Assembly: GCA_040753575.1 (NCBI GenBank)
Contig: JBFMEC010000003.1
Coordinates: 1-38,243, forward strand
Direction of reading: 5' to 3'
Length of the DNA stretch: 38,243 bases
Origin: Nitrospirota bacterium
GTDB lineage: Bacteria; Nitrospirota; Thermodesulfovibrionia; Thermodesulfovibrionales; SM23-35
In this document: positions 8,259 to 18,402 of the stretch, one piece after another
How positions within the stretch are numbered: the stretch's first letter is position 1
Layout of the letters: each line of letters opens with the position of its first letter
Translations under genes and position numbers: made by a program
Notes under the pieces: generated by a model
Databases searched by the model: none
Told to the model about the DNA's origin: nothing
Seen by the model: only the letters and a program-made list of their open reading frames with translations

Positions 8259-9701
8259 TCAGTTAGTTAATTTCCGACGCTGCATCTGTGGTGGGATTTT
8301 AAGCTCTTCTCTATATTTTGCAACAGTTCTTCTGGCGATTATGATCGAGTTATTCCTCAGCATCTCTGCTATGCGTTGGTCACTGAGAGGCCTTCGGGAA
8401 TCCTCTTCAGAGATGATCTTTTTTATGGTGTTCTTCACAGATGTTGACGAGATGCTTCCCGTGCTGCCTTGGAGGGCGCTGCTAAAAAAAAATCTGAAGC
8501 TGAAAAGCCCGTGCGAACATGAGAGATATTTATTAGACGTAACCCTGCTTACAGTGCTTTCATGCATATTCAATTTCGAGGCCACATCCCTGAGTATCAT
8601 AGGTTTCAAATATTCTAAACCCTTATCAAAAAAGTCTTTTTGAAGATTCAGGATACACTCTGTTACCCTATATATAGTCCTGTTTCTCTGGTCAAGATTT
8701 TTTAAGAGTCCGACTGCCAGGCGCAATTTTTCCACAAGAAATTGTTTTTCTTCCTTCGAGAAGACACTTTTCTGCTGAATAAGTTTCCTGTAAAGGCTAT
8801 TGATCCTCAATCTGGGGAGACCGTCGTCATTCAAGATTATCTCATATCCATCTTCCGCTTTAACCACATACACATCAGGCACCACATAATTAACAGTTCC
8901 GCCTGATAGATTTCTTCCCGGTTTCGGTTCAAGCCCTTCGATGATCTTCACGGCGGCCATCACATCTTTCAAAGGCAGGTTGTACTGCTGGGCAATCCGT
9001 GTATATTTTTTCTTTTCGAGGTCATCCAGATTGTTAGCTATCATCTTCTCCAGGATATTATTCTCGATGCCCAGACCCTTAAGCTGCAAAAGCAAACACT
9101 CTGTGATATTTCTTGCACCAACTCCGGGAGGATCAAAACTCTGAATAAGATAGAGCGCCTTCTCGACTATTTCCCTGTTGCCTCCTGCTTCTCCCATTAA
9201 TTCTTCGATCGATGCCCGCAGATATCCGTTTTCATCAATATTGCCTATTATTATCTCTCCTATATTTCTTATATCGTCCTGTTCATTGGAAAGTCTGAGC
9301 TGCCAGAGAAGATGGTCATGGAGGTCTGAACCTCTAGTAAGAAATTGATCGAAGGAGGGGGGGGTCTCTTTCCCTGGATTAAAATAACCGAGGTCTCTTC
9401 CATCAAATCCTCTTTCCTCAAAATAATCATCTACTATAAAGTTCATTAACCTTTCAAGGGGAGCTTCCGCATCATCCTGTGACTCTACAACCTCAAGAGA
9501 ATCTTTTTCTTCGGGGGTGAGTTCTTCTGTCGTGATCTCCTCTCGGGATTCTTCAAGAAAGGGATTTTCCACGAGCTCCTGATTAAGAACCTGAGAGAGT
9601 TCCAGTTGGGGCAACTGCAGAAGTTTCATCGCCTGCTGGAGCTGGGGTGTGAGTATCAGCCTCTGTGTTAACTTAAGTTCAAGTCTGCTTTCAAGAGCCA
9701 T
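8259..9701 (-). CDS. rpoN: RNA polymerase sigma-54 factor
   Basis: N-terminal Gln/Leu-rich region (LKLTQRLILTPQLQQAMKLLQLPQLEL) and a C-terminal RpoN box, ARRTVAKYRE. Confidence 0.95.
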   Translation of the reverse strand: MALESRLELKLTQRLILTPQLQQAMKLLQLPQLELSQVLNQELVENPFLEESREEITTEELTPEEKDSLEVVESQDDAEAPLERLMNFIVDDYFEERGFDGRDLGYFNPGKETPPSFDQFLTRGSDLHDHLLWQLRLSNEQDDIRNIGEIIIGNIDENGYLRASIEELMGEAGGNREIVEKALYLIQSFDPPGVGARNITECLLLQLKGLGIENNILEKMIANNLDDLEKKKYTRIAQQYNLPLKDVMAAVKIIEGLEPKPGRNLSGGTVNYVVPDVYVVKAEDGYEIILNDDGLPRLRINSLYRKLIQQKSVFSKEEKQFLVEKLRLAVGLLKNLDQRNRTIYRVTECILNLQKDFFDKGLEYLKPMILRDVASKLNMHESTVSRVTSNKYLSCSHGLFSFRFFFSSALQGSTGSISSTSVKNTIKKIISEEDSRRPLSDQRIAEMLRNNSIIIARRTVAKYREELKIPPQMQRRKLTN

Positions 9702-10423
9702 TAGAGTTTGAACTCCTCACCGAGAAAGGCTTCTCTGACTCTCGGATCAGCAACAATCTTGTCTGGTCTTCCTTCATCGAGTATCTCACCATTACTTATT
9801 ATATATGCCCTGTCTGTTATTGAAAGGGTATCCCTTACGTTATGGTCAGTCACAAGTATACCGAGCCCTTTATTTTTAAGATAATTCAATATCTTCTTGA
9901 GGTCAATAATAGCGATAGGGTCTATCCCTGCAAAGGGTTCATCAAAGAGAAGGAATAAAGGTTTTGTAGCAATTGCCCTTGCTATCTCGGTCTTTCTCCT
10001 TTCACCCCCTGAGAGTTTATAGCTGACCTGTCTTGAGAACCCTGTGAGATTAAACTCCTTCAGCACGTGGGAAACCTCGATTTCTATATCATTTTTGTTA
10101 ACCCCCCTTATCTCGAGTACAGCCCTCAGGTTATCTTCCACCGTGAGTTTCCTGAATATGGATGGCTCCTGGGGCAAATAGCTTATGCCTTTCATTGCCC
10201 TTCGGTACATCTGGAGTTTGGTTATATCCTGGTCATCGAGCAAGATTTTTCCATCATCAGGTTTCATGAGCCCTACAATCATATAGAAAGTAGTTGTCTT
10301 GCCCGCCCCGTTTGAGCCGAGCAGACCAACTATCTCTCCGGTAGTAACATAGAGGCTCAGATTCTTCACAACCTGCCTTTTACCATAAATCTTTGAAAGT
10401 CCCTTTGCCTCAAGGAGATGCAT
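9701..10423 (-). CDS. lptB: LPS export ABC transporter ATP-binding protein LptB
   Basis: Walker A GSNGAGKTT, signature LSGGERRK and Walker B LLFDEP. The start is trimmed to the ATG giving MHLLEAKGLSKIYG, just after the lptA stop. It sits between lptA and rpoN. Confidence 0.9.
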   Translation of the reverse strand: MHLLEAKGLSKIYGKRQVVKNLSLYVTTGEIVGLLGSNGAGKTTTFYMIVGLMKPDDGKILLDDQDITKLQMYRRAMKGISYLPQEPSIFRKLTVEDNLRAVLEIRGVNKNDIEIEVSHVLKEFNLTGFSRQVSYKLSGGERRKTEIARAIATKPLFLLFDEPFAGIDPIAIIDLKKILNYLKNKGLGILVTDHNVRDTLSITDRAYIISNGEILDEGRPDKIVADPRVREAFLGEEFKL

Positions 10424-10424
10424 T

Positions 10425-10892
10425 TTACTGGCTTTTCTTCGAAATGAAGACCTTACTGCCTTCAACGAGGAATCGATCCTCTTTTAAAAAATATGTCATC
10501 TTTCTGCCCGTAACCACATTTTCACGTTCTATGGCCCGGGGTTCACCGACAAAAATCGCCTTGTCTTCCTTTGCGAAATAAACTGCCTCATTGGATGTTA
10601 TTATCCGATCGCCTTTTATTAATCTAACACTTCCCGATGCTTCTATCTTTGTTACATTTCCTGTGTCTCCATCGTAATATACGAGCATCCTCTCTGCATG
10701 GAGTATCATTTCTGGTGACCTGGCCACAACAGATTTTTCAAAGAGTGCCGTATGGGTCTTGTTATCCGCTGTCAGCATCTCGGAGGTAATAATTATCGGA
10801 CCTTTCAACTCAGTAGTTTTCTCTTCAGAGAAAACGTTAGTCGATAACAGAAAGATCATCAAAAGACTACTTAAAAAATGTCGCCCTGACAT
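10425..10892 (-). CDS. lptA: LPS transport periplasmic protein LptA (OstA N-terminal-like)
   Basis: Signal peptide followed by a beta-jellyroll-like repeat pattern. It occupies the conserved lptC-lptA-lptB position. Confidence 0.8.
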   Translation of the reverse strand: MSGRHFLSSLLMIFLLSTNVFSEEKTTELKGPIIITSEMLTADNKTHTALFEKSVVARSPEMILHAERMLVYYDGDTGNVTKIEASGSVRLIKGDRIITSNEAVYFAKEDKAIFVGEPRAIERENVVTGRKMTYFLKEDRFLVEGSKVFISKKSQ

Positions 10893-11376
10893 CTTTTAAT
10901 ATCCTTACCTTTTGTTCCGAATCCGATTCCATCCCTTTGCCTTCGACTCTAAACCCCTTTCCATCTACTCTTATCCGGCCCGCTGTCTTAATATCTCCCG
11001 ATGAGGCTTCATAGTCAATCGAATCGGCCGTTATTGTATAATCTTTCGCTTCGGCCTTTATTTCACCTTCCGTGGTAAAGTTTCGATTTGATAGGTTATA
11101 AAGGGCTTTATCGGCATGAAATACTAAGCCATTTTCCTTTACCACCACTGTAATATCACTGAGTTTGGCCTTAGTTTCGTCTTCTATAAAATCTGCCCTT
11201 CGGGCAATGAGAGTCCATATCGTAATCCCTTCTTTCTTTTGGAGAACCTTGAGACCTTCAATAAAGGAGTTTCTTTTGATCTGTAGATCGTCATTAACTT
11301 CCTTCTCATTTCTCAGCATCACGAAGAGGAGACCGGAAAAGAAAAGGAAGATTATGATCAGCAAGATCTTTTTCAC
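10867..11376 (-). CDS. lptC: LPS export system protein LptC
   Basis: A single N-terminal TM anchor followed by an OstA-like fold. It lies upstream of and overlapping lptA. Confidence 0.7.
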   Translation of the reverse strand: MKKILLIIIFLFFSGLLFVMLRNEKEVNDDLQIKRNSFIEGLKVLQKKEGITIWTLIARRADFIEDETKAKLSDITVVVKENGLVFHADKALYNLSNRNFTTEGEIKAEAKDYTITADSIDYEASSGDIKTAGRIRVDGKGFRVEGKGMESDSEQKVRILKDVRATFFK

Positions 11377-11432
11377 AAAAAAAATTTTATCACAGGAAGG
11401 GAAGTAAGTAAAGGCAAATATTATGCCAGTCT

Positions 11433-12257
11433 TTATTTAAGGCTTTTATATAAGGCATCGCGCATAACATCTATTGGGGGTTTCTTCTCCGTCCAGAGTT
11501 CAAAGGCGAAGGCCCCTTGCCATAAAAGCATGCCCAGGCCGTTTAAAGTGATGCACCCCTTTTTTGACGCCTCCTCAAGAAGCGCTGTCCTCTTATAAAT
11601 GAGGTCGCAGACAATTTGATCGGCTCTGAGAAAGGTTGTTTCAAAAACCAGGGGGTCCTCTTTTTTTAATCCCAAGGGTGTGGCATTAATTATTACATGA
11701 AATCTATCAATATCGGTCATATCCTCGATACCGAAAACATTATTGCGGATCTTTCTTAAATCCCCAACCAATTTTTCTGCCCTTTCCTTATCAATATCAT
11801 ATAAGAATAAGTTCATAGCCCTTTGACTTAAATAGTAGCTTATTGCCCTCGAGGCTCCTCCTGCGCCGATTATCAAAATATCTTTCCCTTCGATAAAGAT
11901 ATTATTTTCGTCAAGTGACTTCATAAATCCTCTTCCGTCTGTGTTATAACCTATCAGTCTTCCACTGGAATTTACAATTGTATTGACTGCCCCGATGAAG
12001 GATGCTTCATCGTCAACCTGATCAAGCAAGGGGATCACCTTTTCTTTATATGGTATAGTGACATTTACTCCCCTCAGATTGAGGGCTTTTATTGCTCTGA
12101 CAGCATCTTCTAAATAATCTGGACTCACAAGAAAAGCAACATAACAGTAATCAAGCTTTAGAGCTTCAAAGGCAGCATTGTGCATTGCGGGAGATAAGGT
12201 ATGTTCAACAGGATAACCAAAAAGCCCGGTTATCTTTGTTCTGCCACTGATTTTCAT
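11433..12257 (-). CDS. aroE: Shikimate dehydrogenase
   Basis: GLFGYPVEHTLSPAMHNAAF at the N-terminus, IIGAGGASRA as the NADP site and NTDGRGF. Confidence 0.9.
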   Translation of the reverse strand: MKISGRTKITGLFGYPVEHTLSPAMHNAAFEALKLDYCYVAFLVSPDYLEDAVRAIKALNLRGVNVTIPYKEKVIPLLDQVDDEASFIGAVNTIVNSSGRLIGYNTDGRGFMKSLDENNIFIEGKDILIIGAGGASRAISYYLSQRAMNLFLYDIDKERAEKLVGDLRKIRNNVFGIEDMTDIDRFHVIINATPLGLKKEDPLVFETTFLRADQIVCDLIYKRTALLEEASKKGCITLNGLGMLLWQGAFAFELWTEKKPPIDVMRDALYKSLK

Positions 12258-13555
12258 TACGACTCTCCTGTAATGCCTTTTATTAATCCTTCGGGGTTTG
12301 ATCCAATTTTTTTCACCGGTACTCCGATCGCTTCTTCCAAATCTCTTAAGTTGATATCGTCAAGAAAATGGTCCTCTCCATCTTTTAGGACTATGTCCGG
12401 TACGATTATCAAATCATGACCTTCAATTTTTTCTGCCAGTGTTCTTATTACATCTCTACCAGTCAAAAGTCCTGCGACAGTAATATATGGCCCGAAAAAC
12501 CTGTTTTCAACAGGTATCACATCTAAAGTGAGTTTTTCTTTATCAGCAAGTTTTTCCGCAAATCTTTTCAGGAATGGGTAGAAGGAAAGTCCCGTAAAAG
12601 TGAGGAATCTCTTTTTCCGCTGGATGGGCCTGGATATCTTCAGCTTTTTTGAGCGGCTCATGAATAGAGGAACCATTCCGACTCCGTTTTCTACCTGGTG
12701 TAGATCCCCGTACTCTTTTAGTGCTGGAAAGGGAAGTTCTGCCTTTATGTATAGTTCATCTGCGCCGTAAACAATAAGGTCACCATGTTTCTTTCTGAAT
12801 CTCCTTTGAAAAGACTCGATAATTTCGATTGCTTCCCGGGCATCCTCTTTCTCGACTGCTCGGATCATATACCTTCTGTACATCGTTAACCCTACAGGGA
12901 CAACCGCAATGGACAACACGTAGGGATAGAATTTGTCGAGATCACTAATCGTCTTGCAAAGTTCTTTCTTATCATTATAGCCGGGACATAGGACAATCTG
13001 GGTATGAAGCCTGATCTTGTTTTCAGCGAAAAATCTCAGCTCCTTGAGTATATCAGAAGCCTTTGGATTTCCCAGAAGCTTGTTCCTTAAAGTTCTATTT
13101 GTTGAATGCACAGAAATATAAAGGGGACTCAACTTCTGCTCAACAATTCTCCTTCTATCTTCTTTGCCCAGATTTGTGAGAGTTATATAGTTCCCGTACA
13201 GGAAAGACATTCGGTAATCTTCGTCTTTGAGATAAAGTGTTTTCCGTAATCCTCTGGGAAGCTGTTTGACAAAGCAGAATATACAGTTATTTCTACATGT
13301 CATAATCCTGAAGGGCTTAAAATTTACTCCAATCCCCCGATCCTCTTTTCTGGCTATACGGACGATAAATCTCTTCCCCTCCCTTTCTGCTTCAATATCA
13401 AGATACTCATCGGAACTGTAAAACATGAAGTCAAGGGAATCTCTTAATTTCCGGGAGTTTACGGATATTATTACATCACCTGGAAGGAACCCCGATTTTT
13501 CAATCAGGCTTCCTGGTTGAATATAATCTATTTCAATGCCGCTCTTAGCCTGCAT
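12257..13555 (-). CDS. PDZ-domain/DUF512 radical-SAM-like protein
   Basis: An N-terminal PDZ-like segment (GSLIEKSGFLPGDVIISVN), the cluster CRNNCIFCF (Cx3Cx2C) and a long DUF512-type C-terminal region. Confidence 0.75.
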   Translation of the reverse strand: MQAKSGIEIDYIQPGSLIEKSGFLPGDVIISVNSRKLRDSLDFMFYSSDEYLDIEAEREGKRFIVRIARKEDRGIGVNFKPFRIMTCRNNCIFCFVKQLPRGLRKTLYLKDEDYRMSFLYGNYITLTNLGKEDRRRIVEQKLSPLYISVHSTNRTLRNKLLGNPKASDILKELRFFAENKIRLHTQIVLCPGYNDKKELCKTISDLDKFYPYVLSIAVVPVGLTMYRRYMIRAVEKEDAREAIEIIESFQRRFRKKHGDLIVYGADELYIKAELPFPALKEYGDLHQVENGVGMVPLFMSRSKKLKISRPIQRKKRFLTFTGLSFYPFLKRFAEKLADKEKLTLDVIPVENRFFGPYITVAGLLTGRDVIRTLAEKIEGHDLIIVPDIVLKDGEDHFLDDINLRDLEEAIGVPVKKIGSNPEGLIKGITGES

Positions 13556-14084
13556 GGGTTGCTTTCAATCCCATGTAAATATAATGTAGACCGGAGGTTA
13601 TTGTAAGTCCCGCCGCTATCCATTGAAGAACGTCATGTATTTCGAAGGGCAAATAAAAATTCATATCCACCAGCACATAGGCGATGAATAAACTCTGCCC
13701 CCATATTGTAGCCTTTCCGAGTGCTGATGGCTCGACCCTTAAGATACCGGTAATAAGGTAAAGTAGGAACCAGCCGATAATAACAATAATATCTCTGCTT
13801 ATAATGGTAATCGTCAGCCATTTTGGTATCCAGTTGTAAATAGATAGGATTATAAAAGATGTAACAAGGAGGAATTTGTCAGCCAGAGGGTCAAGAAATG
13901 TCCCCAATGAAGTCTTCTGGTTCTTGAGACGCGCAATCAATCCATCCAATAAATCTGTAACCGCAGCAATTACGAATAGGTAGAGGGCGAGGTTATAACG
14001 TTTATATATGATGGCAGTTATAAACACCGGTATGAGAACTATCCTCATTATTGTAAGTGTGTTCGGGAGATTCAAGACGCCCAT
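13545..14084 (-). CDS. pgsA: CDP-diacylglycerol--glycerol-3-phosphate 3-phosphatidyltransferase (CDP-alcohol phosphatidyltransferase family)
   Basis: Motif DLLDGLIARLKNQKTSLGTFLDPLADK (D-G-x2-A-R-x8-G-x3-D-x3-D) and multiple TM helices. Confidence 0.85.
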   Translation of the reverse strand: MGVLNLPNTLTIMRIVLIPVFITAIIYKRYNLALYLFVIAAVTDLLDGLIARLKNQKTSLGTFLDPLADKFLLVTSFIILSIYNWIPKWLTITIISRDIIVIIGWFLLYLITGILRVEPSALGKATIWGQSLFIAYVLVDMNFYLPFEIHDVLQWIAAGLTITSGLHYIYMGLKATHAG

Positions 14085-14195
14085 ATTTATTCCCTCAGCG
14101 GAAACCCAAAGATCAAAATTAAATCAGGGTTGAATCAATAAATCTCTGAATAGCTCAATATTAGTTTTGAACCTTAATCATACTTTGATGGTAAT

Positions 14196-15272
14196 CTATG
14201 GGACATTAAAGGGTAACCTTTGAAATCCAAGTCTCAAACCAAGCCTATTATAACATCTGTCATCTATTTTTCCATTAAGGTAGTTAATGAAAACCTTTGC
14301 ATGGCACTTTTCTAAAGCAAAGTCCTTCAGAGTTGATTCAAGAAGAGCTGCCTTAAATTGTCTCCCTGCGTCAATATTTCTCTTTTTAAGAAGATCAATT
14401 TCACCGAGACCAAGCCTGCAATAAATTATTCCTCTGGGATCCTTTGTCCTCCTGAAAAATTGCATTGCCTTCTTGTAATAATCTTCTGACCTCTTATATT
14501 TTCCAAGCATCTTATAAGTTGCACCAAGACTCCAGAGGGTATATGAATAGCTGACCTTATCGCCTATCGCTTGATATAATCTGGTTGCTTTTCTGAAATT
14601 TTCGATTGCGTTCCCATAATCGCCCTTCATTCTCTGGGCATTACCAATACCACAAAATGAATAGGCTATTCCAAACTTATCTCTAATATGGGAAAATAGT
14701 TTGTTTGCAGCAGTATAGTACCTTAGGGAATCCTTGAATCTTCCTGCAATACGAGATGTCCCACCAAGACCGCAAAGAGAATATCCAATGCCCGGGACAT
14801 GTTCCATGGATTTAAACATCCGGTGGGATTCCCTGAAGGTCTCAATGGCCTTTATAATATCACCCTTTATTCTTAAGGAACCTGCCTTTGCCCAGAGCGT
14901 AAAGGCAAGCCCCTCGGTGTCTCCCTTTTTTTGATATGTCCTGCTTGATTCAGCAAAAAGTTTTATCGCCTCTTTCCACCTGCCCTCTGCCCTTAAGGAC
15001 AGGCCAAGACCGACCCTGGCATCGGCGGTCTTAATTATATCTTTTTGTCCTTCAGCTATTTTGAGCGCCTCAAGATATTTTCTTATTGCCCTGCCAAAAT
15101 CACCAACCATCCTGTGTATATCACCCAAAAAAAGCAAACACTGTAATATCTTTTCATCATCGCCAGTTTTGGAGTATCCCTTTAGTGCCTTTTTGAAGAG
15201 TTTCAAGGACTCTGGAAATAGAGATCTTTCTTTAAATTCTTCGGCCCTTCTAAAGATGCTGTCAATTTCCAA
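14196..15272 (-). CDS. Tetratricopeptide-repeat protein
   Basis: About 8 tandem 40-aa units of the form G(D/R)..(K/R)A(I/L)..(F/Y)..A...... Confidence 0.8.
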   Translation of the reverse strand: MEIDSIFRRAEEFKERSLFPESLKLFKKALKGYSKTGDDEKILQCLLFLGDIHRMVGDFGRAIRKYLEALKIAEGQKDIIKTADARVGLGLSLRAEGRWKEAIKLFAESSRTYQKKGDTEGLAFTLWAKAGSLRIKGDIIKAIETFRESHRMFKSMEHVPGIGYSLCGLGGTSRIAGRFKDSLRYYTAANKLFSHIRDKFGIAYSFCGIGNAQRMKGDYGNAIENFRKATRLYQAIGDKVSYSYTLWSLGATYKMLGKYKRSEDYYKKAMQFFRRTKDPRGIIYCRLGLGEIDLLKKRNIDAGRQFKAALLESTLKDFALEKCHAKVFINYLNGKIDDRCYNRLGLRLGFQRLPFNVP

Positions 15273-15918
15273 GGAGTTTTCTTAATCTTTTTATGATGGT
15301 TCTGTAATTATCGGAGTTGAAGAAAGCTGAACCCATAACAAGGATGTCAGCTCCTGCAGCGACGATATCTTTCGAATTATCGAGCCTCACCCCACCATCA
15401 ACTTCTATAAGAGTTGAAAGGGCCTTCTCCTTGATGAGATTCTTCAATATCCTTATTTTCTCGATTGTCTGAGGTATGAAATCTTGACCTCCAAAGCCTG
15501 GATTTACAGACATAAGAAGGACCATATCCAGATCTGGCAGTATATGTTCGAGATTCCAGACAGGAGTTGCCGGGTTAAGAGAGACGCCCGCTCTTATCCC
15601 GCTCTCTTTTATCCAGTGAACAGTCCTGTGAAGATGTATCGAGGCTTCATAATGGACTGTCAGATAATCAGATCCTGCCTTTATAAAATCCCGCAGATAT
15701 TTGTCGGGTTCTTCTATCATGAGATGGACATCCAGAGGCAGGGAAGTTACTTTTCTCATCGATTCGACTATAAAGGGACCTATCGTTATATTCGGAACGA
15801 AATGGCCATCCATAATATCAATATGAAGCATATCGGCTCCGGCTTCCTCGGCAGCCTCTATTTCCTCACCGAGTTTGAGGAAATTTGCAGAAAGTATTGA
15901 AGGCGCTATCTTAACCAT
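15262..15918 (-). CDS. rpe: Ribulose-phosphate 3-epimerase
   Basis: IAPSILSANF, HIDIMDGHFVPN and VNPGFGGQ. Confidence 0.95.
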   Translation of the reverse strand: MVKIAPSILSANFLKLGEEIEAAEEAGADMLHIDIMDGHFVPNITIGPFIVESMRKVTSLPLDVHLMIEEPDKYLRDFIKAGSDYLTVHYEASIHLHRTVHWIKESGIRAGVSLNPATPVWNLEHILPDLDMVLLMSVNPGFGGQDFIPQTIEKIRILKNLIKEKALSTLIEVDGGVRLDNSKDIVAAGADILVMGSAFFNSDNYRTIIKRLRKLLGN

Positions 15919-16020
15919 ATCACATCTTAAATAAATTTAAATGTCAAAACAACTTGAATTTTGTATTTTAAGTTTTCCCCTGTTTCAGGATTTCTTAATA
16001 TTTGGTTGATAAAGTATGAT

Positions 16021-16752
16021 TTATTCCGTCCGTAAATAAATTGTTTCGCCCGCCCTTATATGTGTTCCCTGTCTGGGCTTCTGTTCACTAACAGAGACGC
16101 CATCATCTTTGATCCTTAACTTCAGATTCAATTTCTCTGCTAACTCCTTCGCCTGTTCTACGGACATACCTCTGAAGTCTGGACAGTAGTAAATGACTTC
16201 ATGAGGACCCAGACTAACAACCAGCGTAATGTAGTCGCTCACCTTCTGATCAGGTTCAGGTTTTTGCGCTAAGACTTTATCTTTCTCTACCCTCTCAGAA
16301 TGCACCCTTATTATCTTTGAAACCTTAAGTCCTTTCTGAATTACGATAGATTCGGCCTCTGAAAGTGTTTCATTCACAAGCATGGGGACCGATTGTACTC
16401 TTGGCCCTTTGCTTACAATAACCTTTATGCTCCTCCGTTCCTTAACTTTATTTCCCACGGGCACATCTTGTCTGAGTATATATCCAGGTGGAAAAGTTGA
16501 ATCATAGTCTTCACCTTCAATCTTCAGGTAAAGTCCCTTTCTCGAAAGTAACTCATTTGCTTCAACAAGGCTCTTGCCAATTAGATCGGGAACTTCCACT
16601 GTGCGGCTAAAGCTTAAAATCTTAAAGGTTAAATAGCCGAAGAGGAGGCCCAGTAATATAAAGGCAATTATATAAAGGGGGATTCTTATTAGATTATTCA
16701 TCCTTTTTATTCCCTGGATTCTCGAGTTCTTAAGACTTCTTATCTCTGACAT
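16021..16752 (-). CDS. Membrane-anchored protein with three PASTA repeats and no kinase or transpeptidase domain
   Basis: One TM helix (IPLYIIAFILLGLLFGYLTFKIL) is followed by three roughly 65-aa repeats, each starting VPDLIG/VPMLVN/CPDFRG, with the PASTA pattern. Confidence 0.8.
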   Translation of the reverse strand: MSEIRSLKNSRIQGIKRMNNLIRIPLYIIAFILLGLLFGYLTFKILSFSRTVEVPDLIGKSLVEANELLSRKGLYLKIEGEDYDSTFPPGYILRQDVPVGNKVKERRSIKVIVSKGPRVQSVPMLVNETLSEAESIVIQKGLKVSKIIRVHSERVEKDKVLAQKPEPDQKVSDYITLVVSLGPHEVIYYCPDFRGMSVEQAKELAEKLNLKLRIKDDGVSVSEQKPRQGTHIRAGETIYLRTE

Positions 16753-16821
16753 CTGCTATTTCTCTTAAAATTTTGTTATTGATTTTTTAATTTGCCCACC
16801 TCTTAGCATTCCGGCTTGTAT

Positions 16822-17355
16822 TCAGTTTCTATTCCTGCTAAAAAATTCAATAGCATCCTTGACTTTCTCCAGATCGACACTGGTGTTTAAACAAGGACCA
16901 AAGGGCCGTTCATTTGGAATGCCCAGGATCGGAAGTGGATACGTATCAAATATTCCGCTACTCAGGTCATTTTCGCATGCAACGGCAACTACAGCCTCCG
17001 GCCTTACCTCATTTACAATCCTCCTTGCAAGAGATCCACCTGTTACAACAAAAAGATCCAGATGATTTTCATCTGCAATCTGGATAAGATCTTTTATCTC
17101 GCATCTGCCACACCTTTCACAGTTATAAATATTATAGGTAAGCCTGATATTGCACTCGTTTATCTGCAGGCAGTGAGGCAGGAGAAGCAAAATCTTTTTT
17201 GCCCGGGCTCCTTCTTTTTTTACAAGTTTATTATTGAGGTTGATAATGAAACTCTGATAGGTCTTCTTTTTATTTTTTGAAAAGGAGCCAAGAATCATGA
17301 GGACCGGATATAGGATTTTAAGGGCGAGTCCCCTGAACCATCTACGTCTCATCAA
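16822..17355 (-). CDS. DUF116-family Cys-rich protein
   Basis: HCLQINECN...CERCGRCEIKDL, an N-terminal hydrophobic segment and a 14-nt overlap with fmt. The family assignment is from memory. Confidence 0.6.
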   Translation of the reverse strand: MMRRRWFRGLALKILYPVLMILGSFSKNKKKTYQSFIINLNNKLVKKEGARAKKILLLLPHCLQINECNIRLTYNIYNCERCGRCEIKDLIQIADENHLDLFVVTGGSLARRIVNEVRPEAVVAVACENDLSSGIFDTYPLPILGIPNERPFGPCLNTSVDLEKVKDAIEFFSRNRN

Positions 17356-18268
17356 AAAAGGTTCCCTCTTTAATTCTTCTTCCGTGGAGGAAATCGGCTG
17401 CAGACATCGGCCTTTTGCCCTCGGGCTGAAGCTCAGTTATCGAAATTAAACCTTCTCCTGTTCCAACAATAAATTCTTTCTCCCTGTCTTTCTCAATCCT
17501 GCCGGGCTTACCAAAACCTTCAAGAACCCTGACTTTTGTAATTTTAATTCTTTCCATATTTAAATAACAATAGACGCCGGGCCAGGGGTACATACCTCTA
17601 ACGAAATTAAATATTTCCCGGGCTGTTTTAGACCAATCAATCTTTCCATCCTCTTTTTTGAAAGTAGGGGCATAGCTTGGCGTGCCAATCTGGGGGATTG
17701 GCTTGATGGTGCCATCCCTCAGGCCTTCAATGGTTTTGATCAATAAAGAGGCGCCTGTCTCTGCTAACCTTTTGCCCAGGGTCTCGGCATTATCGGTATC
17801 AGCTATTTCCACCTCTTCCTGAAGCAGGATATCGCCCGTGTCGAGTCCTTCGTCCATCAGCATTGTTGTTATACCCGTCTTTTTTCCACCATTAATTATC
17901 GCCCACTGTATTGGAGCGGCTCCTCTATATTCTGGTAAAAGAGAGGCATGCACATTAACGCAACCAAAAGGAGGAAGTTTAAGGATCTCCGAGGACAGAA
18001 TCTTTCCGAATGCAACGACGACAATAATCTCTGGCTTCATATTCGAAAGTTCTATCAAAAATGAGGGCTCTTTTATTTTTACTGGCTGTAATATCTTGAG
18101 CCCTTTGCTGAGGGCAAGTTCTTTAACCGGGGGAGGAAAAGGGACTGAACTTCTTCCTTTTCTCTTGTCAGGCTGGGTTACGACCGCAATGACCTTCTCT
18201 CCTGAATCAAGAAGTTTAACAAGAGAGGGAACAGAAAAAGAAGGAGTGCCAAAGAAGACTATACGCAT
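17342..18268 (-). CDS. fmt: Methionyl-tRNA formyltransferase
   Basis: MRIVFFGTPSFSVPSL..., HASLLPEYRGAAPIQWAI and C-terminal LQPEGKRPMSAADFLHG. Confidence 0.95.
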   Translation of the reverse strand: MRIVFFGTPSFSVPSLVKLLDSGEKVIAVVTQPDKRKGRSSVPFPPPVKELALSKGLKILQPVKIKEPSFLIELSNMKPEIIVVVAFGKILSSEILKLPPFGCVNVHASLLPEYRGAAPIQWAIINGGKKTGITTMLMDEGLDTGDILLQEEVEIADTDNAETLGKRLAETGASLLIKTIEGLRDGTIKPIPQIGTPSYAPTFKKEDGKIDWSKTAREIFNFVRGMYPWPGVYCYLNMERIKITKVRVLEGFGKPGRIEKDREKEFIVGTGEGLISITELQPEGKRPMSAADFLHGRRIKEGTFFDET

Positions 18269-18402
18269 TTTCCGTTTCTTAACTTAAAGGGTTTTCATTT
18301 CATTCACTAAGTTCAATATCAAAATACCAGATTCTGTAGACTCAACAATTCCGATCTCAAGCTCCGCTTATTATAAGGATTAGAAATGCCAAGAATATTT
18401 GT

